A DNA stretch of 64,000 bases from Octopus vulgaris (Eukaryota), in contig OX597827.1 in assembly GCA_951406725.2 (NCBI GenBank), forward strand, positions 1,798,001-1,862,000, read 5' to 3'. The notes beneath the pieces were generated by a model that ran no database searches, was not told the origin of the DNA, and saw only the letters and a list, made by a program, of their open reading frames with translations. The position numbers were made by a program, and so were the translations under genes. Below are positions 1 through 14,149 of the stretch, piece after piece; positions within the stretch are counted from its first letter, which is position 1; every line of letters starts with the position of its first letter.

Positions 1-1074
1 CGCCCTGATCAGAGTGGATAGTTTAACCTTAGTCACATGTATGCCATGGACACTGGGTAACTGACCCTATGAGTCTCCAAGACACGAGATAATAATGTCT
101 AGGTGTTCATGTCGATAATGATGATCGCAAGGAGGAAACCTTCTATTCATTGCTTTAACAAGGTCCAACGAGGGGGCCTAAATGTAGTCGCCGCCAGATC
201 TGTTTGAAATAGCAGTTAATCCCCCGCAAATAACGCACTAACTTCTTAACTGAAGAACGTATACACATGAGATAATGTAATCTTAGGCTTGACCTTGGGC
301 ACTGAACTCCTTGATGGAATCGTAGAAGAGCCTCGTGATATTTGCCTTTATCTCTTACTTATTGCATCTATTGGACCGCAGACTTGCCTTGCAGGGGTCT
401 AGTCGTACTTATTTCTTTTATTCTGTTGGTCCCTTTGCTGAACCGTTAAATTAAGGGAACATAAATAAACCAACACCGAACAAATAAGAAAAGGTACAGG
501 AATCAACATAAACTGGTTGACACTGAATTAAACTTAGAATTTGGAGAAATATTTTTTTTTTGCTTCATGAAGTGAACGTTAAATATCTTAAATTAAAAAT
601 GGTATCTCGCGAATTAAAATTTGTTTTCTGTAGCTGAAATCTTCAATTTTAAAAGAAATTTGTAAACTACGTTTTGATAAGAAGAAAAATGATTTTAAAT
701 TTTAAATTCTTAATAATCTTCTTAACAGTGTAGACTTTAATACCAATATTTTTTGAATAAACAACGCTTTTTAAAAAATTAAAGTGCAGATATAGATTTA
801 TATTATTTATCCAGTAAATTATGACTCAAGTAGGTTGAAATACTTATAAATAAATTGTTATACAAGTAAGCTGTAGTACTTATCCGTTATAACATTAAAT
901 TGTAGTGCTATGGTTAAAACACGTATCTCTCTTGTAGTACTAACACGTGGAACATATTTCTATTTTAGTGCACGCTATTGTTCTAACATGAATTACTGTA
1001 TTAAAGTCTGTTGGAGTATAATTATGTCAAATGTGTTGCATGCCAAGTTGAAGTTCTAAATCTGCAGTACTTAC

Positions 1075-3480
1075 CTCTGTTGTGGCTTGACATGGAAACC
1101 CTGAGAGATCTTTTCTGTGAAAACTATTTGTCAGATACCTTGAACATGGTTCCCTTCGAAACTTCATTAAATGATAGCTGTCGTTCCGAGGTACAATGGT
1201 GGTTTTAGTGCTCGGAGAATCGTAATGTGATGGAATTTGGTCGCAAAAGCACTCAGTTTTCGTGGTGTGTCCCCAAATCGTGTTATTCGCACTTGCTGAT
1301 CTGTTGTAATAGATATTCCTTTGGGGGTTATTTTGTACCATACACATCGCTATCGACACAATAATTGTCAACGAAATCGTCACAGCAGCTACTACAATAA
1401 TCACACCAAGCTTAATACTGATTTCACTATCACTGATAGTGTTTGTGTTACTAGTCTTCCCAATTGTCTTATTGGTAGCGGTTAGTCTCAAAGAGAGGGT
1501 AGTCGTGGCCGAAAGCACCACAGCTCCGCTATCCTTAACGGCTACTAAAAGCCTATAAAGATTAGAGTCTTTTGGTTTAATGGAACGGGAGAAAAATAAG
1601 ACACCAGTGTAAGGAGTAAGGGTGAAAAGGCGATTCTCGTTTCCGCCAAGAATCTCGTAGCGAAGGAAGGCATTTTCTCGAATGTCTTTATCCATTGCTT
1701 TCAGAATGGTGATATCGGATGGACTTTCTGGATTATAATGGACGTTAAGTTTAAAAGGATTAACACTAGGAAAGGTAAAATACGGGGCATTATCATTCTC
1801 GTCCATAACCTCAACAACAACATTTGCTGTATTGTTAAGTGATGGCGTACCGTTATCTCTGACTAAAACTTTAAACTTATAGAGATCTTGTTTTTCCCTG
1901 TCCAGCGATTTGGTTGTGGAGATGAATCCATAATTTGAAATTTCAAAGGGCAAAGCGTCTTTCATTTTGGTTAATAGAGAATAGGATAGCTGACCTCCCG
2001 GTCCCAAATCGGGATCTGTAGCGTTGATGAATCCGACAGGGAAGTTCGGTTCTTCATTTTCATAAGTTAAAAATCTAAATATAGTTTTAGTAAATTGTGG
2101 TTTAACATCGTTAACATCGTTAACTTCAATGGTAAATTTTCTCTCCGTCATCAGCGAAGGGCTGCCGTTATCTCGACAACTGATGTTGATATCAATACGT
2201 TTTTCCGTTTCCCTGTCGACAGGACTTTTGACGACAACTTTAAATTTGCCGCGACCCAAACTTTTTAGCTGAAGTTTATCATGACGAAGGTTGCATGTCA
2301 CTTCGCCATTTCTCCCCGCGTCTTTATCCGTCACTTTTATATAAGCTATAAAGCTACCGACTTCTACACCTTCGGATATAGTCAACATTGCTCCTTTGGA
2401 ATCGGAAACAAAGTTTACATCAATGACTGGTGCATTGTTCTGCTGATTAAGCACATTTATCAATACTATTGCTGTCGAGCTCAACGGAGGATTGCCCGAG
2501 TCAGTGGCATCTATGAAAAGCTTGTATGTCTGTCTTTTGTCCAAAGGAAAATTTTTGCTCAAGAAAATCTCTCCCGTCTCCGAATTTAGTTTGAAAAAGT
2601 TCTTAACAGCAACCGAAGTTTTAGAATCAAAATGGTAGGTCACCTCGGCGTTTTTACCCAGATCGAGATCTTTGGTAGATAGAATGACAGCTGGTTTACC
2701 AATTTGATGAGCCTTATTGACTGAAACATTATAAATATTTTGAGAAAACACTGGAGCATTATCGTTTTCATCGGTTACTGTTATTTCAACATCTAGAATA
2801 TCTTGTTTCGACGGAGTGCCACTATCTTTAGCAATAATCTGAAGACTATAAGAATCCTTCATTTCTCTGTCTAGTTTTCCCTGTAAGATAATTACAAGTT
2901 TCGAATTTCCAACGACTCTCTTTGAAGTGGACAATGAGAAAGGTTCATCTATATGCTTCTTCAGATGGTAAACGATTTTTGAATTTAACAATCCAACATC
3001 TCTATCGAAGGCATTTGGTATGGATTTTGTTGTGTTTTTACCATCAGTTTCGTAGAATTCAAGACGAACTTTTCTGAAAGGAAACTCTGGCGAATTATCA
3101 TTGATGTCAATTATAATAATTTTCACTTCCAATATTTTTATAAAAGATTGTTTTTTCCGGACGGCTACTTCTACGATTTGAAAACACTCCGTGTTGTACT
3201 TACACAATGTTTCTGCGTCCAGTGTCTCAGTTGTATAGATTTTGCCGGACTTTGAAACATTGAAGAGTTTCTTGTGGTCAAGGTTTTCGCTGTCTTGTAA
3301 TTGCTTGAATGTAATCAAGTTTTTACTGTTCCACGTCTGAACGGTGTTCATGAACTGAATATCGGCTGCTATGTCCCCGACAAGAGTGAACGGTTTTTGT
3401 CCTTCTCTCACCTGGTAGACCAGGTTTGCACACTGAGTAATTTCCAGAAGCATCAGTATAAGACATGCAGACAGCATCAT
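1075..3480 (-). CDS. Protocadherin (cephalopod-expanded type), large exon encoding signal peptide, EC1-EC6, TM and start of the cytoplasmic domain; probably continues in exons outside the window (raw ORF runs to stop at 1027)
   Basis: 817-aa ORF with hydrophobic N-terminus and cadherin motifs (LDAE/LDRE, DINDNSPEF, DENDNAPVF, DVNDVKPQF, DENDNAPYF, DxDxGxN). EC1 has C-X5-C (CKYNTEC); TM is LGVIIVVAAVTISLTIIVSIAMCMV. A consensus phase-0 donor GAG|GTAAGT lies at 1075/1074. Confidence 0.93.
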
Positions 3481-3491
3481 AGTTTTTATTT

Positions 3492-5103
3492 CATATCTTC
3501 CAGTAATTGTAAAACGATCAGCAAATTATATGACATCATTTATGGTTGAATCTGAAAAAGAAAATATATGTAAATATATACACATACATATATGTTCATA
3601 CATCTATAATCACACCCACGTGTACGTGCATGCATATGCTCTCCCACCACACACACGTTTACTCACTATCTCACTAAATCACATAAGGCTCGTAAAAGTG
3701 TATAACTTAGTCGCGTGTACCACGTTTTTGCTAATCCATTTATGTGTCTGTGTAGTTGCCAGTTGATAGAGATACCGTGGGTTTTGCTAAACGTGGCATT
3801 TTTTACCTGTGCATATTTAGCATCACATTTTCTATTCTTTTACGCTATTTCTGTCGAATGATAGAGATCATATAATGCACAATGTAATGATACAGCGCAG
3901 CAACAAAAAATTCTGAATAGGAAAAAGCTTTAAATAAAATATAATGATGAGTCAATATATACGTAAAACATGAGTTTGTTTATATCTGTGTATTGGGGAA
4001 ATATTGCGTTTACCAACGAAAAAGTACTCAATATATGACGTTGAGTTTATTATTAGAAGCTGAAGGCTCTGTTGTCGCTACTATGAGTATTCAAGCGATC
4101 AGAGAGGAAAAGCGGTGGAAAATATTTCAGCCAAAATATTTGAAAAACATACTGAAATATCATCAGTAATCCAAATTTCTTTGACTGCGAGAAAAAAAAC
4201 CCAAATCGTTGTGTCATAACATTTATACATTTAATTATCTTACGAAGAACACGTGATATGTTTCCTATCCACATATACTGACTCATCATATCTTTATGCC
4301 TTAAGTTTTGTATGTGTAACACACAGAAGCAAGTAAGGTAGTTATTTTTAGTGCAGGGCGTGATATTTGTTTCATTGAATAATATAGAATCCAATCACAG
4401 AATTCAGCAATTTTAAGAAAATGACCACAATTGGTGAATTCTTGCGTCACTTCCATCAATATTTATCAGGAAATTCTCATATAAAAACTAGCGAAATAAT
4501 ATATTTCTATAGATGATGGAATTGCCACCCCTTTAAAGATGACAGTATACCGATCCCCACTTCAAAAGCATTAATTCATCAGCTCTAAAATATCATTAGC
4601 AATAGCAAACTTTCTTGACTTTGTGTGTTTTACACATATGATACTAAAGATATGAATATATTGCACATTTTGCATGTAAATATATGAATATATCACATGT
4701 TTAACGTATGATTGGTAATAAATAAAATTTCAATAAATATCCATGTTTCGATGTTTTCGAATATATTTGCTTATATACATACTTCATCCCATTCATTATT
4801 TAATAGCTGGCAACATGAAACTCAGGGTAAGGACTGAAGACGCTTCAGGGACAACTGAAGAAGGGGAATATTCTTTATGTTGTATGTCGCGTTTCTCTGA
4901 TTGTGTTCAAAGTTTTTTTGATGTCCTGTCCCCATATATGCATGTATATATTCATATATATGTAGGTATGTACATATATGTGTGTATATATGCATATATT
5001 TATATATTATTTATATTATATTATATTACATTATATTATATTATATTATGTTATATTATATTATATTATATATATATATAGAGAGAGAGAGAGAGAAAGA
5101 GAG

Positions 5104-5152
<49 letters not shown>

Positions 5153-7055
5153 CATACATACATACATACATACATAGATACATAGATACATGTATGCGCG
5201 TGTGAATATGTGTGTATGCGGGTGTGTTCTTGGGCCTTTGTGATTGTTACCCCAACGCTTAATAACTGGTATTGATTTGCTTAGACGCTTCGGCAAAAGA
5301 ATTCCATAGAGTAAGTATAGGGACTTAAAAATAACCTATATACAGAGATCGATTTGTTCGACTTCGATCTTTCAAAGACTTCGGCATATCAGACCACCGA
5401 AACAAGAGTGAAGGTAAATACGATTTGTCTGTGTATTGTCCGTGGATAGACAGGTTTCATTTTAGACCTTCATATATGCCACATATCTTCCAGTAATTGT
5501 AAAACGATCAGCAAATTATATGACATCATTTATGGTTGAATCTGAAAAAGAAAATATATGTAAATATATACACATACATATATGTTCATACATCTATAAT
5601 CACACCCACGTGTACGTGCATGCATATGCTCTCCCACCACACACACGTTTACTCACTATCTCACTAAATCACATAAGGCTCGTAAAAGTGTATAACTTAG
5701 TCGCGTGTACCACGTTTTTGCTAATCCATTTATGTGTCTGTGTAGTTGCCAGTTGATAGAGATACCGTGGGTTTTGCTAAACGTGGCATTTTTTACCTGT
5801 GCATATTTAGCATCACATTTTCTATTCTTTTACGCTATTTCTGTCGAATGATAGAGATCATATAATGCACAATGTAATGATACAGCGCAGCAACAAAAAA
5901 TTCTGAATAGGAAAAAGCTTTAAATAAAATATAATGATGAGTCAATATATACGTAAAACATGAGTTTGTTTATATCTGTGTATTGGGGAAATATTGCGTT
6001 TACCAACGAAAAAGTACTCAATATATGACGTTGAGTTTATTATTAGAAGCTGAAGGCTCTGTTGTCGCTACTATGAGTATTCAAGCGATCAGAGAGGAAA
6101 AGCGGTGGAAAATATTTCAGCCAAAATATTTGAAAAACATACTGAAATATCATCAGTAATCCAAATTTCTTTGACTGCGAGAAAAAAAACCCAAATCGTT
6201 GTGTCATAACATTTATACATTTAATTATCTTACGAAGAACACGTGATATGTTTCCTATCCACATATACTGACTCATCATATCTTTATGCCTAAGTTTTGT
6301 ATGTGTAACACACAGAAGCAAGTAAGGTAGTTATTTTTAGTGCAGGGCGTGATATTTGTTTCATTGAATAATATAGAATCCAATCACAGAATTCAGCAAT
6401 TTTAAGAAAAATGACCACAATTGGTGAATTCTTGCGTCACTTCCATCAATATTTATCAGGAAATTCTCATATAAAAACTAGCGAAATAATATATTTCTAT
6501 AGATGATGGAATTGCCACCCCTTTAAAGATGACAGTATACCGATCCCCACTTCAAAAGCATTAATTCATCAGCTCTAAAATATCATTAGCAATAGCAAAC
6601 TTTCTTGACTTTGTGTGTTTTACACATATGATACTAAAGATATGAATATATTGCACATTTTGCATGTAAATATATGAATATATCACATGTTTAACGTATG
6701 ATTGGTAATAAATAAAATTTCAATAAATATCCATGTTTCGATGTTTTCGAATATATTTGCTTATATACATACTTCATCCCATTCATTATTTAATAGCTGG
6801 CAACATGAAACTCAGGGTAAGGACTGAAGACGCTTCAGGGACAACTGAAGAAGGGAATATTCTTTATGTTGTATGTCGCGTTTCTCTGATTGTGTTCAAA
6901 GTTTTTTTGATGTCCTGTCCCCATATATGCATGTATATATTCATATATATGTAGGTATGTACATATATGTGTGTATATATGCATATATTTATATATTATT
7001 TATATTATATTATATTACATTATATTATATTATATTATGTTATATTATATTATAT

Positions 7056-7090
<35 letters not shown>

Positions 7091-7095
7091 GAGAG

Positions 7096-7140
<45 letters not shown>

Positions 7141-7507
7141 CATACATACATACATACATACATAGATACATAGATACATGTATGCGCGTGTGAATATGTG
7201 TGTATGCGGGTGTGTTCTTGGGCCTTTGTGATTGTTACCCCAACGCTTAATAACTGGTATTGATTTGCTTAGACGCTTCGGCAAAAGAATTCCATAGAGT
7301 AAGTATAGGGACTTAAAAATAACCTATATACAGAGATCGATTTGTTCGACTTCGATCTTTCAAAGAGGTGCCTCGGCATTCCATCAGACCAAAGACCGAA
7401 ACAAATAGAAGATAAAAAAAGAAGGTAACACGATGTTGTGCCAGTGTGTTTGTCCGTTGGCCCATATTCTTCGACAGGTTTCATTTTAGACCTTCATATA
7501 TGCCACA
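3492..7507. repeat. Near-identical ~2-kb direct tandem duplication (3492-5481 and 5482-7507)
   Basis: Both copies start CATATCTTCCAGTAATTGT, offset 1990 nt. They differ mainly by 1-nt indels, and copy 1 has a deletion-riddled last ~100 nt. Confidence 0.95.
3552..3565 (-). promoter_or_regulatory. Splice acceptor of the protocadherin coding exon
   Basis: Minus strand reads TTTTCTTTTTCAG|ATTC about 70 nt upstream of the ATG; duplicated at 5542-5555. Confidence 0.7.
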
Positions 7508-7949
7508 GACTCTTCCTATCCTGTAAACGAGAGCGGAGAGGAGATTTATTCGCCTACTGATCCGGCTATGAGACTGTTTATGCGGCCCAGAGAAATTCCT
7601 GGATAAAAACACTTGAAAGTGATGGCCCCAGCACGAAACATATGTCGTCAACATAAAAACCTCTATTCAAGGACTTTGGAACAGGATGTTCTCGTCCTGA
7701 ATAAATTTATAGCTGGAATGCAAGGACGCGCGTTTACATCACCATGAAACAATATTGTGATGCAACCTAACCCTTACGACGATGCATAATTATTCCTTGT
7801 TATTTGTAATTCACTTTACATACTGCTTTGTACAACAAACGAAGCGAACAACAACGAAACAACAACAACAACAACAACAAAACAGCAACAACAAAACAAA
7901 ACAACAACAACAAAAAACAATAACAACAACAACAACAACAACAACAACA

Positions 7950-8240
7950 AAGGCTATAAACATGTGAGATAAGAGAAATGAGAAGGACAAAGAAAGAAAC
8001 TGAGGAAGGAATATTTATGTAAGGTTTGTCGCTCAGAATGACGATAATAAGAAATCAAGAATTAATATGTTGAAAGTGCATTTGAAGCTGGAATAAAAAT
8101 GGCAAAACGACGAGAAGTGATGAAAATGTATACAAACAAGAAAATTGTTGACATAATGACATAAAAGAGACAAATGGCAGTCCAGAAGAAAAGAGAGAAT
8201 TGATCATAAGACTATAACAAAAAACACATTAAATACATGT
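7950..8240 (+). mobile_element. Degenerate R4/Dong-type LINE RT fragment after a (CAA)n tract
   Basis: Similar to 9990-10390 (AAGGCTATAAACA start; GAAGCTGGAAT..ATGGCAAAA..GAGAAGTGATGAAAATGTATACAAA). Confidence 0.55.
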
Positions 8241-8942
8241 GAGCCTTTGTTAACATCAAGAACCGTCATCTGAGAATTGTGACTGTTTTTAATGCAATAA
8301 CAATCGTTTCGCTGCCATATTCTACCAAGATAAGAATAGGAAAAGAATAGTAATTGAGAAAGAAAAAACGAGCAATATAAATATTCGAAACTGAACAACA
8401 AAGAAATAAATAAATAGACAAAGAATTAAATAGATAAACAAATAAAACTAATACATAAGAGGATAAGGATACGAATAAACAGAAATGAGAAAACATTAAA
8501 GTGAAAGTAGAGAAGAGAATATATTAATGTTTTAAGCGTTTTCAGTCGCCATATTTGCGATCAGATAAGAACATCATTAGAATTTCTAGCTTAAAAGTGC
8601 ATTAAAGACAGCCATGTTGAACGTCCAGGAAAAAGGTGATGACCTTGTCGCTGTGAACAAACATTAAAACTGTTGTCATGCGCATAACAGGACAACAGCT
8701 TTTAATTGAGACCAGAGTGAGAGATAGGGAAGATAATAATATAGAGATACAAAAACGAACGTTAATACTCATCCCTTCCTCACTCTTTTCTCTCCATCCA
8801 TCCATTTACCCATCCATTCATCCATCCATTCATGCATGCATGCGTGCACGCATGCACCAGCCCCTATGTATATACATGCATAAATGTGATAAGTGTTAAT
8901 GCACGAAACTCTCGGCCCTTGATTTACTCCGTAACTTCTGCT

Positions 8943-9330
<388 letters not shown>

Positions 9331-9860
9331 GAATGCTCTGATGCAGTACCAGGCACTAGCTCAGATGGGTTCTGATCTTAACTGATTGGAGGTGTTATCG
9401 TGTATGTGTTTTGTCTTGGTATAAAAGATGGGCTACAGCAAATATTCTGCTTAATACCACAGATTTCCTTATTAATTGTTTGACCATAACCAGTTGAGCA
9501 TGTCCCTTGCCGACTGAAGATATGTGTGGAAGTAGTCGGAGCGCATCATAGCCATGTGTTGAGAGGAATTCTTTGGGGTTTGAATAATTCACCGCTGGAA
9601 ACATGATTGTTTCGTTCAACATCCTTAAATAACCCATATTCAAGGATCTTTTTGAACAGGATGGGCTTCTCGACCTGAATAAATTTTAGCTGGACCCCAC
9701 CTGCAAGGTACTGCGCTGTTTATCTTGATCACCATGTCACACACATATAGTTGTGATGCAGGTACCTATTGTACCCTTATCAGACGAGTTGTCATAATGG
9801 GTATCCTTCGTATATTTGTACCCCAGTGTCACTTTGATGGCATGCACTGCTCTCTCAGTC
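9331..9860. mobile_element. Interspersed repeat embedded in (TAA)n/(CAA)n; internally deleted second copy at 10491-10796
   Basis: Shared ends AATGC(T/C)CTG(A/G)TGCAGTACCAGG and CCCCAGTGT.ACTTT.ATGGCATG.ACT..TCTCTCA.TCAA; the second copy lacks ~250 nt. Confidence 0.7.
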
Positions 9861-9890
9861 AACAACAACAACCACAACAGCAGCAGCAGC

Positions 9891-9927
<37 letters not shown>

Positions 9928-9929
9928 GC

Positions 9930-9989
<60 letters not shown>

Positions 9990-9991
<2 letters not shown>

Positions 9992-10390
9992 AGGCTATAA
10001 ACACCTTGGTGCACCAGAGTTCAACGAGATAATGGAGAAGGAAATGAAAGAGCAACTGAGGATGGAATATTTCCGATGACTAAGGTTGGTGTTGCGCTCA
10101 GAATTGACCGGATGGAATAAAATCCAAGCAATTAATACGTGGTTGATAGCATCACTTCGGTACGAAGCTGGAATTATAAAATGGCAAAAGAGAGAAGTGA
10201 TGAAAATGTATACAAAAACAAGAATTAATTGTTGACAGTACACGGAGCCTTGCATCATATAAAAAAAGCTTTTGTAAAACACCAACAGGAAAAAATGCAC
10301 TTGCACAACACCAGAAGAAAGGGCGAGAGAGAATTGATCAGTAACCAGGACTGTATCGAAGCAGAGGAAAACAGCTTAGTGTGGCATATA
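9990..10390 (+). mobile_element. R4/Dong-type non-LTR retrotransposon RT/thumb fragment (pseudogenised)
   Basis: Translates GYKHLG..EYFR*LRLVLRSELTGWNKIQAINTW..RYEAGIIKW..RRKGERELIS. Confidence 0.75.
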
Positions 10391-10425
10391 AAAAAAAACA
10401 AAACAAAACAAAAAATAATAATGAA

Positions 10426-10481
<56 letters not shown>

Positions 10482-10836
10482 TAATAATAAATAATGCCCT
10501 GGTGCAGTACCAGGGTACTTCGTTCAACATCCTTAAACAACCCTTATTAAGGGACATTTTTGAAAGGGATGGGCTAATAGACCTGAAGAAAATTCTCACT
10601 AGGCCACACCTGCAAGTCTCTGCACTGTTTATCTTGATGTGAGATCACCATGTTGCGCACGCATGGTTGTGATACATGTGCCTGGCGTACCCTTTTCTCT
10701 GATAAGGGTATACTGAGTAGTCATGATCAGTATACTGGGCTTTATATATAATGTACCCCAGTGTAACTTTCATGGCATGTACTTTTCTCTCACTCAATAA
10801 TAATAATAATAATAATAATGATAATAATAATAACAA

Positions 10837-10881
<45 letters not shown>

Positions 10882-10910
10882 CAGTGATGATGATGATGAT
10901 GATGATGATG

Positions 10911-10941
<31 letters not shown>

Positions 10942-10950
10942 TAATAATAA

Positions 10951-11101
<151 letters not shown>

Positions 11102-11801
11102 CACACACAAAAAACACAACCCCCAAAACTTATCGACCACGGCTGAATTTGAACTCAGAACTTATAATAATAATATGAATAAAATGTCCAGAAAATGTTC
11201 AATTGGGTTGGAACTGAGAAGAGGAAGGGACATAACTACATTGAAGTGCAGGTGTTGATTTGATTAATTGACACAGGTGTCATAAAAATGAAAAACTGAT
11301 CGAAACGCCGCAAGATTACTGATGTATATACAACGACAAAGCTTGATGCAGATATTCAGTGATTATCTGCACATGTAAAGTGTTAGTATCACACGTATAG
11401 ATATAGACGCAGGTAGGTCAGGCTATACAGTTAAGAAGCTGGGTTTGGAAAAAACATAGCTTTAAATTCAGTCCCACTGCACATTGAGTAAGGGTGCTCT
11501 ACTATAAGTCTGAATCGATGAATGCCTTGGGAGTGAATCTGATAGACAGAAACTTATGTCGAGGTTTATCATATATACATATATATATATATATTCTCTT
11601 ACTTGTTTCAGCCATATTTGACTGCGGCATGCTGGGGCACTGCCTTGAAATGTTTTAGTCGAAGAAACCGACCTCAGGTCATATTTCTTAAGCCTAGTAC
11701 TTATTCTATTGGTCTCTTTTACCGAACCCTAGCTTATGGTGGTGTAAACACACCAACACCGGTTGCCAGGCAATGTTGGTGGGGACAAACTTAGACAAAA
11801 A

Positions 11802-11875
<74 letters not shown>

Positions 11876-11992
11876 TATAGATATATATATATATATGCAT
11901 GTATGTATGCATGTATGTTCGTATGTGTGTAGATGTGTATACACACACATATATATACCTACATACATATTTACATACATATATATATATAT

Positions 11993-12849
11993 ATATCCAA
12001 CACGAGACAAACAAGGTTACTTGTCTCGTATTTATACGAACTAACTTTTCAAATTTTACTGCGAAGACGCAGTCCTTCGCTGGCTACAATGAAAAACCGC
12101 CAATTTTTAACCGAAAATTATCCAAACGATTACAGTATTTAATCATGTCAAAGGGAAATGGAATTTAATTAAAATTAAAACATTCAATCAAAATTTACAT
12201 TTCCAGTGGTCTAACGTGCAAAAAAATTAGTCAAGACGACAATATATTAGTCATACGATATATTGTATATTTAAACACATAAGGAATCCACTTATAGGGA
12301 ATTCAACACGTTAGAAAGAACAGCTAGGTTCTGTAAACACAAAAATAAGGGATAAAATTCGACAGAAATAAATTTGGAAATGAAAAACATTTACCATCTA
12401 GTCCCAGCGAAGGACTGTGTCTGAGCAGAAAAATATGAAAAGTTAGTTCGTATAAACATGAGACAAGTAGCCTTGTTTGTCTCGTGTTGGATATGTGTAT
12501 AACCTTAGGTTGGACCTTGCTGAAGAAAATCAGACCTTGCGAGTTCCCCTTGACTCACTAAAAAATGATCAGAAACCAATTGGTCCAGGGACGAGATGGT
12601 AAATGTTTTTCATTTCCAAATTTATTTCTGTCGAATTTTATCCATTATTTTTGTGTTTACAGAACCTAGCTGTTCTTTCTAGCATACCGAATTCCCTATA
12701 AGTGGATTCCTTATGTGTTTAAATATACACTATATCGTATGATTAATATATTGTCGTCTTGACTAATATTTTTGCACGTTAGGCCACTAGAAATGTAAAT
12801 TTTGATTGAATGCTTTAATTTTAATTAAATTCCATTTCCCTTTGATATG

Positions 12850-12853
<4 letters not shown>
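11993..12853. mobile_element. Fold-back non-coding element with interleaved inverted repeats and a hammerhead motif (Penelope pLTR/retrozyme-like), flanked by (TA)n
   Basis: IR pair A 11993-12083/12404-12494; IR pair B 12140-12405/12588-12853; hammerhead motif between them. Confidence 0.75.
12513..12590 (+). ncRNA. Type-I hammerhead ribozyme-like motif, intact core
   Basis: CCTTG-CTGAAGA-[ATCA...TGAT]-GAAA-CCAATTGG-TC-CAGGG; stem I CCTTG/CAGGG, palindromic stem III ACCAATTGGT, GUC triplet at 12583-12585. Confidence 0.65.
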
Positions 12854-12920
<67 letters not shown>

Positions 12921-12921
<1 letters not shown>

Positions 12922-13135
12922 TATATATATAGTTCAAATTTACAGAAAACAAAAGACGAAGACTGTTGTAGAAACAACAGGCAGGTGTATTACTTTAGCG
13001 CTCGGGAAAAATTGGAAAGTCTTTTACGTTTCGAGCCTACGCTCTTCGACAGGAAGAATTTAGTGGAAAAACAAAACGCAGAGAAAATGAAAAAGAGTGG
13101 AGAAAAAATTGTGTAGAGTTTAACGTTTCAACATA
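12921..13135 (-). mobile_element. Short (TA)n-associated repeat family H1 carrying a hammerhead-like motif (other copies 18868-19022, 26515-26900, 39869-39992)
   Basis: Shared CTGTNGAAGAGC-GTA(G/A)-GCTCGAAACG and tail ..GTCTTCGTCTTTTGTTTT on the minus strand. Confidence 0.7.
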
Positions 13136-13141
13136 GTGCAA

Positions 13142-13203
<62 letters not shown>

Positions 13204-13849
13204 GTGTGATTGCGTGCGTGCGCGAGTATGTGTGTTTCTCATTGTGCCTGGGTTTGATCCTCCTCCACTCGACAACCGGTGTCGTTTCGTTTATATCCCC
13301 AAAGAGAAAACGATAGAATAAGTAGCTGGCTTAAAAGGAAAACCTAAGTACTGGAATCGATTTGCTCGATTAAAACATTTCTAGGTGCTTCCCCAGCATG
13401 GTCGCAATCCAGTGACTGAAACAATCGAAAGATAAAAGATATCCAATGATAAAGCTTGATGTAGATATGCGATGATAATGTAGACATGTATGGTATGCTA
13501 ACCTTTGTGGAGACATATGATAATAACCTCCCGTGATGATACCTCGTGATATGGTTGATGAGGACAGATTATGATACACTCTCGTTCTCTCGGGCGTGGG
13601 GTCTGGCGAAGTTACGGAATGCGATAGACTAGTATCTGAATCAACAACCCTGTGTATCTTAAATGATAAGCAACAACAAAAACACAAAAAGGAAGCGTAA
13701 TAAATATCAGAGACGACAAACATTCGTCCCAGCAGCAGCAGCCAGTTCGAGGCACCAGATCTATTTCGGTACTTTCTTGGGGGTCTTTTCAGTGGTGTGT
13801 ACACGCAGCCAGCAACATGCGCGGACGAGGGTCCGTCGTCTCTGATATA

Positions 13850-13913
<64 letters not shown>

Positions 13914-14149
13914 GTTTACTCTTTTACTTGTTTCAGTCATTTGACTATGGCCATGCTGTCCGTGGGACAAGACATCTCAAGAATCGCTGGATGGATTCGT
14001 ATGAAACTTTCAGTGATATTTGAACTCGTGATTGGCTCGAACTGATTGGTGTCTTCGAGCGTAGGGAATGTGGTGGTGCTACTGTCAATGTGGTCCTTTG
14101 ATTGTTTAAGATGTATTTTCAATCATACTGTGAAAGTGGGAAGCTGAAT

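Noticed and set aside
4830-4885. CTGAAGA motifs in the GGACAACTGAAGAAGGG repeat family (also ~19420, 46190, 63900)
   Set aside because: No stem II followed by GAAA; folds as a simple hairpin, so not counted as a hammerhead
13370-13804. 144-aa minus-strand ORF with a possible acceptor at 13658 (IHRVVDSDTSLSHS...)
   Set aside because: No recognisable domain, the ORF runs into a SINE tail, and donors are weak; cannot be supported without RNA data
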